Of a stretch of 64,000 nucleotides of DNA, positions 12,601 through 24,600 are shown one piece after another (the first letter of the stretch is position 1; each line of letters begins with the position of its first letter). Under the pieces are notes generated by a model. It saw only the letters and a program-made list of their open reading frames with translations, had not been told where the DNA came from and did no database searches. This stretch comes from Ascidiella aspersa (Eukaryota). The position numbers and the translations under genes are program-made. The stretch covers positions 33,232,001-33,296,000 of the forward strand of contig OZ004607.1 in the NCBI GenBank assembly GCA_963924565.1, read 5' to 3'.

Positions 12601-15600
12601 TCGTTTTTTTTAAATGCCTGTTTTATAAAACAGGAGTTTCGTGGGCTAGTGATTGTACAACCGCGTATCGAAACGTCTTTATTTAGATGATGACGTACAT
12701 TTTCTACAGCTTTTTTGCTTGGATACTCATTTTCAAGGAGTTTCATCATTTGAATATTTTGATGACGTGTAAACGGTTTATTATAATCCGATCCTATACC
12801 AATGACGTCATTAGTATACTTGAACAAACAAAATATATTAATTTAAAACGCTCATATATAGTTTTTCAAGGCAAGGTGGTCAAAAAAAAAACCTTTCAAG
12901 GTGAAAAATACTGCATTGCATTGCATGGCTGAAATAACTTACTTATATAAATGGCTGAATAACTTACTTATATAAAGTTGGTGTCGGGTCGGCAATACCA
13001 TCCTACTATCGAACGAGTACAGATAATAGTACCATTCGGCATCGGGTATCGGTCTCGATCCGATGTTATCGGACATACCTACTAGTATATTACAAATGAG
13101 TCTAAAACCTTATAAACTGTCACAGTATACAGTTAAGATAAATGGTTGGAAGTTGTAGTAAGACGTATAATGAGAATATCAAAGCCCATACAATAGTAAG
13201 TGGCATTCTGGACGTTTGAAATATCTCTTTATTCATTTTTAACATAACTATAAAAATATATTAGAAAAATTCAAAATGCTAATTACTCCTACACGGGCTT
13301 GATATTCTTTTTTCCAAATTGCTTATAAGTTAGTTAAATATTACTTTTTTTACTTAAGAGCGGCGAAGCAGCACGCCCAAGAAGGGGAAGTCCCTCTCTC
13401 CGAGGCCGACCCGTCGTGTAGTAAAGAACCTGGAGCGGAGGTTGGAAAACGCTGCGGAAGACAATCGGCTACTCAAGAAGGACCGGGATCGAATGCAGGA
13501 GGACAACAGGTGCTTGTTGGCAAAAAATATGCAGTTGGTAACCTGAACAGCTGAAGCTTTTATATGAGGGGAGTATGTCGAGAAACAACAATTGTACCAT
13601 TGGCTGCTGCCTCATGTTTGTATATCCAAGGTCAATTAAAGGGGATCAACAGTCCGTGCTTTCAGCAAATGAAACGCACATATACACAATGTGAAACCTG
13701 TGAAAGTCTACCTTTCAAGTATGTTTGTTTAAGCAAGACAATACTAAAAAAATCTGGTCTGCGTTAAACACATTCTAAAAACGACCGACCTTTAAGAATT
13801 TGAAAAACCGTCATCTAATTTGAGTTAGAGTTAAACCTCTTAGCTTTTATTTAAACGTCTTCGCTTGTATACTCACAGAACCCTTAAAAGCGACATCAAA
13901 TCGCTCAAACGCGAGATCGCCGACACCAGGCATTCGGGCACCACCTTGCGGCAGCAGAACTCAGACCTGCGCGTCAAGCTGCAGTCGCAAGATGGCGATA
14001 TGGCGCGACTGAGCGGCGAGGCTTCGGCTTTAAAAGCTGAAGTGCAAGGACTGAGAACGGATAATGCCGGAGTTCGCTCGGAAAACGCTTCGCTCAGGTA
14101 ATTCACATCAACGTGTGTATCTGGGTTAAAGCTGTGTCCGAAATGTTTCAAATCAGGGGTCACAAAACTACGGCCCGCAGTATATTTCCTTAAGAAGATG
14201 AAGTCCAGTTAAACTCTTGTCGGTAATCCTAACATGAATCCGGCCCTTTATGAAAAAAAATTCTACATCCTGTTCCACAAATTCGGTTAGTATGCAATGT
14301 CTTCCGTTGTACATTTCAAGCATACTATAATATTAGTACACCCAAGAGCAATCACAGACCACCCGAATCTGTCGATAAACGATGCACGCAGGGCAGTCTA
14401 GAAAAACAACTAGCCTGCAGTAAGATTCGAACTCACGACCTCCGATCATTGCGGGACCGTCGCTCTACCAACTGAGCTATACCCTACAGCAGTGGTCGGC
14501 AAACTTTTTTTCTCGCGGCCCAAAGCACTCTTTTCAGATATGTTGACGGCCCACTACGTAAAACCACTGCAAACACAGTGGCGGATTTGAGATATTTGTT
14601 ATTAAGGTGAAGTATTACACGGCGCATTAATGCCTAAAACATTCGCATGCCATATTGTAAAACATACTATAAAACGAAAAATTTTTGCGTTTACATAAAT
14701 TAAAGTTGGCAAAACATATACTTCGACAGCTCTCAGGACCACATTTTGCACGTGGGTCTGAAACACGCTGAGCTAATATAAAAAATATTAGCCATATCAA
14801 TGTTTAAAATAGAGTGCAATGAACAATGAATGTACGGCTAGCATGCGGCCCACAACCACATGGCATCACTAAACTCAAAAAAGTAACTCGCGGCCCACTA
14901 AAAATGGCTGTGCGGCCCACAGTTTGCCGACCACTGCGCTACAGGTTCAGAGAGGAGCAAGTCGAGAACAACCATACGCCAATGCTTGCTACATTCTGTC
15001 AGTACAAGCGACTTCACATTGAAGGGGGTCATTATAGTATACCATATATTATAATATTATTGTGTTATTTTTACCTGGTCTTTTCTCTTCAGGTCAGAGA
15101 ATAGCGACTTGCGTCAGGACTTGAGCGACCTCAAACGGGAGATTGGTGAGTTGCAGGACGAGTTACGTCACGCCTCTAGACCAGTGACGTCACCAGAAAG
15201 TCGACAGAGCTTGAAAGCGCACCGTAAGATCAAGGGAGCTGTTAGCGCAGCCAAGAAGGTACGTCATTCATTGTTTGAGCTTTTTTCATGCGTCACTGGT
15301 TTACGCCAGGTGTCGGTAACCTATAGCTCGTAAGCCATATGGCTCTTTTGGTGAAGGAATCTAGTTCGCAGATAAATCTAAGCTATCTAGCATTATGTGA
15401 ATAAAACTGCACTCGGCCACGGCCCTTTCCAAACTGCACTTTACATTTTTAAAACAAGACTATGGTAGCAATTTTTTCACCGCTTCGCGCGAATTCTATT
15501 TGTCTGTTGGTGGTGATTAGTCCGTTTGACGGAAATCTCTTTTTGTTCAAAAGGTCATGTTCGTATCATGGCACTCTTAAATCAAAGTTTTATAGGATTG

Positions 15601-18600
15601 TTTAGGCCCATAGTTCACGTTTTCTGTTTTGTTTTACTCAGATAAGCAAACTTTGTCTTATAGTAAAGAATGAGTATTGATGTTGTGCTTATTACATCCG
15701 ATTTGTGGGGTTTTTAGACGCAACCTAACAATTCCAGGGGGTACCCACTAAAACTTGATAAAAAAGTGATTTTTGAACAACCCTACTGCTACACTGTAAA
15801 ACAAATTTCGAACCACGCTCTATATACAAACAAACACACACTCGCATTTCCACCCCTGCATTTAGCACCAGAAGTTCCTAAACAAGTCAATCGGTGAAAT
15901 GCGCGACGCGTTCGGGGATCATTTCGACGCCAGGGACCTGGATCCTGTTTCCACGACGACCATGAGCGGGGAAGAAGAGGAAGATGAGGACACGACCGCA
16001 ACCTTTGCAGAGAATGAGATTGGAAGATCGGATGCGAGCAGCCTCGGCCAGAGCATCGTGAGAGCATCCAGGAGAGGCAAGGGATTCCTCAGAGGTGCGT
16101 CTGTTCTGTTTTGTTAGGCCAGTCGAAGCAACATGTCGGTGTGTTTCTAGGCTCATCTGGTTTGTTTGAAGCATTCTTGCTAACTGCACATTTTCCAAAG
16201 CTGTAGTTAAAGATTTGAACGCAATATCTACTGCAGGGACCAGGAACCTATGTCTCGCGAGCCATTTATGCCTCTTTTGATAGTGTAATCTTGCTCGCAG
16301 ATAAATCTAAGTTATTATTTCTTATCATAATTTGAATAAAACTCCACGCGGCTATGACCCTTTCAAACTGCATTTTTTGCAAACAAGTAAGGCCCTGTTC
16401 GTACCATGACACTACGTAATCTGCAAACTTATAGCCAAAGTGTTTTTTCGTTCTTACTCTTCAACTAGATGTTGAAAAATATAATACGGCTTATGGAAAT
16501 ACAACCAAAAATATTTGGCTTTTATGGCTCCCTAAGCTCCCATGGTTCCCGACCATTGATCTACTAAGTTAAGTAACTGTTAATAACAGGACGACCTTCT
16601 TAACCTATCGATGGCGACCTAAAGTTGAATTCTGTTCGCCGGCTGCAATCATTTTCCATGGTTAGATTTACTAAGTTTGGGGCAGATTTCTTCGAAATGT
16701 AAGAAAATTGTTGGAGAAATACGAAGAGGTGGCTCATATTAATTGAATTCAAATTTAGTTGGGATATTCGTTCTTATTTTGTTTGCTTACAAACATTTCA
16801 GAGTAGATAATTAGGTCACCAAAGCTTCGCTGTTACGTTTGCGCTTACAGTAATTTGGTTGTCACACAAAGGTTGATAAAAACTGTATTAAGTGCACAAT
16901 TGTCACAAATCTCTGACAAATTTTAAATGTCTTTGAATTGATATTCGTGTTGAATAGACAAAAAACTATATTTTTTTTAATCGATATATTTTATGTGCAG
17001 CTTAAACAGGGTTGAGTAGGTGCCGCAGTGAAACTTTTCTAATTTCACAGTGTATTTTGCTTAGGGTAAGGCTACGTTTTTGGGCAATTCCTTCATGTTT
17101 TTTTTTTGTAAAACAAAAAATTTTTTTTCTCAGGATGACAAACGTCTTGAGTTTTAATCTAATCGCGTTGTCAGCCCCAGTGTTCTGCACTCAAAACCTG
17201 TGTTCTGATTAATAGGGTCTATTCTTGTAAAAAATAGTTTCAAACCTGTTTGTACTCAGAAAAGACAAATATTTCGCTGTTCCATTACTAGCTTTTTCGC
17301 TGTTTTCAGTAATGTCAGCTCAAACTAAAATTGTCTACAACACACATCATCTGTGCACACTGTAGAAAAATAGTTCGTGATGTATTGCACTCGAATCGTA
17401 TCTAAAAAATTGTATCAAAAACCACCAAAAAGTGCGAAAATTACGATTTTAAATAGTCTGAAATATCTTAGCACCCGTGAGCACGACAAACGACACCCCG
17501 GTCGGAAACCACTCTACTAAAACAAAGTCTTTTCAAGCACTAACGGTTTGTGTTTTTTTTAGACGAAGACGCAGATGAAGATGAAACGATGGTGGACGCC
17601 CCTTTACACACAGGTGCGAGAAAGTTAACAAATGTTTAAAGCAGGGCAGTGGAGTCGATTTATAATAATTCGGGTCCGACTCTTGTCGATAAAAAATGGT
17701 CTAGTCCAGCGTTCGACTTTAGCTGGATTAACCAGAGGTCTCAATTATCAAAGTGTGTTTAATTTAAGTTGTGTCATTGCTAAAGGATAAACGCTTAAAT
17801 CAGATGACATAGGAAACCTATGTCGTTTTGTATTGTTTTTGCATGATGGGCGACACAAAATTGCTATAGAATTTTGTAGTTTTTTGTGGTGAATTTTGTA
17901 AAAGCATGGTGTTTAGACTGGTTCCTATATGTCTTGGTTAAATTTTTAGGAAAGAAAATTGTTTTATTTGCTGGTTTAATATGAAATTTCTGAAAAAATC
18001 GTCTAAACTTTCTTTTAATAACCTACTTGTTGACATACGTGTAAACAGCTAATGTATAGTTACCTTCTACAAAAATAAACCAACTGTATGTTAATCAACT
18101 GTCTAACCTTTACTGTTTTTTGTTACAGCTGGTGGGTCGCGCAAAAACGGGAAAGCCCCTGTCCGAAGGGTGATGTCACGTCAGGGCCAGGGGGCGATGA
18201 CGTCATTGAAACATCGTCTCGCTTCTCTGCAAACGCAGTGCCAGTCGTTGAGAGCGGCCAAGCAGAACGGCTTGAAAAGGGTAAGTGTTGTTTGCAAAAT
18301 TAACGTAGCTATTATAGTTAAAGTTGTGAAACGTCGTTTTTTTAAATCTGGTAATGGAAAATTCGGTAGTGACTAAATTGCCTTTCTTTAGCATGACGTC
18401 CAAGAAATGTCAAAGCGCATACAAAAGTAGTTGATATTGTCTGAAAAATGGTCTAGGCACTTTCCGCTAAAGAATTTCTTTTTGATTTATGAAATATTAA
18501 ATTGCCAATAGGCTTTTCGTGCGAAGATATAGGTGATTTTTCGTTTTGAACGGGTTTCAAACAGAAGTCATTTATACCACAATAACTTGTGCAACTGAAT

Positions 18601-21600
18601 TTGAATTAATACAAAACAACAATGTTATATAAAACGAGCGATCCGAGCATACATAATAATAATAATAATAATAATAATAAACTTATTTGTATATGTAAGA
18701 AACTGAGATAGAAGACTAACAAGCTATAGTACGAAGGCTAGAGCTTCTTATTGCTTGAGGTACAAACACAAAGTTAAGGACAAACCAAGATCAAAACCAC
18801 ATGAGCTAGAAAAAACATAAAACACTTCGAAAAACTCACTGCGTTTAATAATAACTGTCTCGTTGGTCTTTTTACAGTTGAACGACGAAAAAGAAAAGAC
18901 AGAAGAACTTCAAAATGAGCTGGTCTCTTGCCAGAACAAACTCAAGTCCTCCAAACAGGTATTTAGTGCCCAACTTAGTACGACTCTTTAAATAAATCTT
19001 CAAAGCTTGTATCACTAAGCCCTGTGCTGTACTTGCTACAACATTTTAAAGAAAAAAAATCTGCGATATACCTGCCTATATGCATTACATTATTTAATTA
19101 GGATGACTTATTTTCTTGTATTTTTTGTGCATCATACGTAAAATAGGGTTTCACGACGACACTAAGGAAATAAAGGACAGTTGTGCTTTTGCTAAAAAAT
19201 ATCTGTTTAGAAAAATAAATACTAGGTTCTGACATTTCTGAAATAGCTGAGACATTTTCGAATGTAAGAAATCTCTCGCAGACTATAAAAGGTAAAAGAG
19301 AGATTCTACTTTCGGATGAAAAAACAGGTATAAAAGTATAAAATCAGTTGTTAAAAACTCAATTTATCTTTCCCTTATTTCCCCAGCGATTGAGTCGAGA
19401 TTAGTTAATCATAAGAAACCTAAGTAATTGGCTGTAGCAAATTCAATCGTTTTGGAGTTTTTTACAGCCTATTTGAACTGCATATTAAAACAACACCATT
19501 GGCTTCATTAAAACAACATGCCTACCCTTATTTTCCCGGCTGCACCAAATTCATTTACTATTTAGTCTGTCCTAACTGCATATTAAACCAACACCATTGG
19601 ATTCATTAAACATGCAGATTAAGCTACATACACCTAATCATACTCAATTAATCCTACCCTTATTTTCCCGGCTTTAGCAAATCCAGCGATTAAGTCGAGA
19701 GGCGGAAGTGTCGCTTCGGGAGCGGGATGAGATGCAGAAGGACTTGGAGGAAGCAAGAAGCTCGCATCCGGAGCCGCAGAAGCACTCCGACGCCGACTAC
19801 AAATACATCGACAGCAAACTCAAGGTAAGGAGGACCTCTAGTTGCTGGCTGAGGATGTTGATAATATTGATCAGTTGCCATACAGGATTTACTTTACATC
19901 GGGCACTTTTGTCGCCTACTGTTCTACTAGGCTTGATAATGAATTGCGAAGCCACAAATGTCAAGTAGAACATTATCCTGATTAAGGCGTTTCTACACAA
20001 ACTTGTATAATCTTTAGTTAGTCTGGTTATCATTCTACATTGCAGATACGTGCATGGTGTGACCTTGATTTGTTAGTAAATAAAAATGTTAAACGCCCTT
20101 TAAATTAGAGTTGTTAATTAATTTTTCACCTTTTCCAAAATATTTAACAACCAGACAACCCTTTTTTCTAAATCTAATACAAGAGTACGTTATTTATCAA
20201 TTCCAATACTCTCCCAAAACAATCCAACGGGTACTTGATTTTGTGGCGAAGAGTACTACTGTTTTGTCTTATCTGATTTAAGCTTGAAAAAACACAAACT
20301 AAATTTTACTATTCATTTACCTTTTTCAGTTATTATATTAAGTACAGAAAATACCAGACTATCTCTGTCAGACCAACAAAATTTTATTACCTTTTAAGAT
20401 TTCCAATTGGTTTCTGTTGTAAATCGCAATTGCAAAGCTAATTGAGAATACAATACCACCGTGCAATAGCCGACCAATCCCAATATGGTCCGTACCTTGG
20501 GTAACATCGCCTGCTTGCTTTTCCGCAGATGTTTTTTGAGTGACCTTTTGAACAAGTGTCACAAATATTGTTTAACTTTTGGTAACAAAATACAAATTGT
20601 TTGGCGGGACACGTGTTTCGTGTGCAACTCTACATATACTTCTTGTCATTATTCAAAATCCATTAAAGGTGTAGTTTGCTTGTGTCTGATTTTTTAGTTA
20701 CAAAACATTAATAATGTCTATAGATGGCGAACAGCGAAAGCGTGAGGTTGAACGAACAGGTTAAGGATCTGAAACGAGAAATCGAAGCGAAAAGCGAACA
20801 AGCTGCTGTTGATAAGGAACGAATAAACAGGTAAGCCATGAACGAAATTGATTGATCTTGTATGTACGAACAGGATGCAATGGTGCTATGGTTGTTCTCC
20901 ACTTTCTCCCTTCTGAGCCTGGGTGGCTCAGTTGGTAGAGCGACGGTCCCGGTATGACCGAGGGTAGTGAGTTCGAATCTCACTGCATGCTAGTTGTTTT
21001 TCTAGCCTGGCCTTGCTTGCATTACAATCCTTTCCGAATGCAACTTGTGCAGGTAATTCATATACGTTTTTGTAGTTTACATTAGAGCTGGCATGTCTTT
21101 TCTTTTGGGTAAAACATCTTTTAACTGTTTCCATACAGTTACACTGATGGGAGTATCGCAACATCGTTTCTTTCCTTATTTATTTATTCGTGTAATATGC
21201 ATAAAATAAACGCGTGGGTCCAGTTGACTCATATAGTTTTTAACGCATGTAACTTTGGCTGAAAGCTATTGTTTGTAATTAGCAGGCCAATTATGTTTTT
21301 CTCTAAACGTCAAATTTAGGATGCCCTCGTTTTGTATGGTTTTCGTAAACAGTATGTTTTTTGATGACGTCACATATTTTCATTTTCGTAGGCTTGAGCG
21401 TGACGTCACTGCGAAACGTCAGCTAATCGAGGAGATGCGAGCAAAGGTTCGCGAGAACGAACAACGAGATAAAGCTGACCGACAAGGACAGGTGTGTGGT
21501 AACTACAGTGGTTCAATTATGTTTTTTTACAGTATTCATGGACGTCGATACTTTGGTCTCTAGAGTCCTTCTTGCTCTAACTTCAATTTTCTTGACTAAG

Positions 21601-24600
21601 TCGTTACAATGGTTATTCAGCACCTTCTTTTAATCCCATAGCAAATTGATGGGCACACAAATGTCTTTTTGCAGCAAGTATATTGATGATGCCGAGTTTT
21701 GTTTTTCACAAGGGTGCTCAAAATCTTCCGCTAAATATGACGTCACTAAATGCCCGCCAAGAATAATATGAGTTTATACGTGAAATAGATATGCCGAAGA
21801 CATCAACACAAAGTAAAGAACACACTAACATAAAAATCACATGAGCTCAACACACGAGTTTTAAACCACATGAGAGCTAGGAAAACACAGAACATTAAAA
21901 CACTTAGACAACCTAACAACCCTCAATCTCATATACAAATAATGCTCCTAAAAATTTCCTTTCAACTTTTTGTTTCGAATAAAAGATAGTTTATACCTTC
22001 GTTTACACCAGAAGAGCGATTTCTATCTATTGAAACTAATGAACAAATCAGTAAAATAATTTTTTACCCACTGATACATCATACAATATTTGCCCAAATT
22101 GTCTGCCATCTGTATACGACTTTCTCAATTGAGTATTAATATCTCTTTTTTTTCGGTACAGATCAAGTTATTGTAATGAACTTAATCAGGTAAAATATCT
22201 TCGAGTTTTTTCAACCACTGATGAATCAAACCATTTTTTGCCTGTCCGACATCTGTAAATGACTTTCTCAATTGAGTATTGATATTTCTTTTGCGGAACA
22301 GGTCGACTTATTATGATGAATTTAATCAGTTAAACAACTTACGAGTTTTTTTCAACCACTGATACGTCATACCATTTTTGCCCAAATTGTCTGGAATCTG
22401 AACCATGTTTTGCCTTTTTTTAATGTCTAACATCGGTTTATGAGTCCCCTCAAAACTTATCTTTGGCCTGTTTGTTCCGGATCAGATCGAGTGATTATCA
22501 TTATATAATTCATTATAATGAATTTAATCACTTAAAGAACTTTAAAGAATTTTTTTCAACCACTGCTACAACTCACCATTTTTGCTAAAAATGCCTGGCA
22601 TCGGTATATGTTTACTTGTCAATCGAGAGTAGTCCCCTCAAAAAAGTATCTCTGACCTGTTTGTTCCGGTTCAGATCGAGCTTGAGGAGCGAATGCGAGC
22701 GGCCGAAGAGGATCTTTTGCACAAGAAGAGCCACGTTGAGTCCTTACGGAGGCAGCTCCAGGCGGCAACCAAGGAGAAGGCGAGGTACGAGACGATGTAC
22801 AACAAGTCCAGAGAGGAACTCGACAAGCGGGTGAGTACACTACTCGACTACTACTCGGTACTCGGCATTCTCGAACGGGTTGGCGTTTTACTCACCTGAC
22901 CCGCGGTTCCAAAGTTACCCATAAGAGATTTTTAATGACCCACTTGTCTTTCTAGAAATACCGAAATGTTATCAATTATATTCAGGAAAGGACAATTAAT
23001 GTTAAAAATAATTCTTCGTGAGACAGCACTATACTGTTCAATTTAGGGATGCCCAATCTGTGGGTCGTGCAAAAGTGCTGGGGTGACGGGTAGGCCTACA
23101 TTAACTGCATTTCACCAAATGCGTGCAGAAAAGCAGAAAACCTGGGAAGTTAAAAGCTCGCAGACTAAAAATTCTGAAAACACTGGTAAAACCATGCTAA
23201 AAAGTTTTCTGCTGAACTCCTGTAATCCCATAAAAAAGCAACAGCATTTGTTAACTATCGTCACGCTCATAACCAAATTGCCTAAGTCATTTTTTACTGA
23301 TTTTTAAAGTTTTTGATTCAGTCACTCCTTTTACCATCCCCGTCCATAGAAACAGTGCTTCGGTCATTTTTAGGTCATTTCCCACTCGCTTGTGCAAAAA
23401 AATGACTCAGGCACTTTTTCTATAGATGCGGATGGTTACAAGGAGTGACTTAGGCAAAAACTTCGAAAATCATAAAAAAAATGACTTAGGCAATTTGGTT
23501 ATGAGCGTGACGCTATATAGGTTCTTAATATTCGTTTGAATCTGAACTTGGAAATTATCCCAAGACCTTAAATTACCAAACCAGACAAAACACAACGCAG
23601 CAGCAAAGTTTCGCATAAAATTAGCATATAATACAAGTTATGACCGACTTGTGGATTAAGGTCGTGTTTGTGACCCGCGCGATGAAAAGGTTCGCCATCC
23701 CTGTTCTAAAGCAACCGGCATGCCGCGTCGTTCCCGGAGATGTTTTTTTTTACTTTTAAGGGTACTTTTCAATCAATAATCCATTAAATTGTTCGATATC
23801 GTGCTGATTCGAAAAGAAACTAATACAGCAGGGGTTCTTTAACTGGGATCCATGGACCCCTTGGGCCTAATTTGAACGCCTAATTGAAATATTAGGGTAT
23901 ATTTTAGAAGTAAATCAATTTATTAAAGAGAACAATTTAATTAAAAATAGAACGGTTTACACTGACTGTAATAACACTTCATTTCACTTTCACATTTTTG
24001 GACCGAAATCAGCAGATTTAAGTCTATTTGTATTGTGACGTGAATTTATGACGTCATTTTTACTTTTTTTGGCCTAGCGTGGTCCGCGCGACCTCCAAAA
24101 AAATTTTAGGGGTCCGTGGTAAAAAAGTTTAAAAACCCCATGTAATACAGGAATGCTAGTAATCTATTAGCAATCCAAAAACAACGACTTACTTTGGAAT
24201 GTATTTTGGTTTTGTAGTTTAACAACTGAAGGCAACTTCCTATTTTTAATTCCATCTAGTTGATACCGATACCAAATAACGTTATTACTATGCCATTGCA
24301 CACACAAGCAATATTGACGCAATTTAAACTTTCTAAGGCTTTTTTCCATGTTAATAGGCCACAATTCGCTTAAACGTGATAAGTTTAGTTCACATTAACA
24401 TATAAACTTTCTATATTCTGATAAACCTATTTTTAAAAATAAAATCACTACGTTGAATTACAAATCATGGCTAAATTCCAAAATCAATCTGGTATCGTGT
24501 CGACACCGATAATACCCTAGTAGAGTACCGTTACTACCACTTGACATCAGGTATCGGTTTTGATCCGATATTATCGGACATACTTAAAGGTACATAGAAC

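Noticed and set aside
19850-20090. Possible 3' end of a LINE
   Set aside because: Only compositional hints and an AATAAA; no RT motif that can be supported.
20917-20992. Functional tRNA-Thr(GGT) gene
   Set aside because: Mismatched acceptor stem, C at position 33, and a second copy with a different anticodon; treated as a repeat or pseudo-tRNA.
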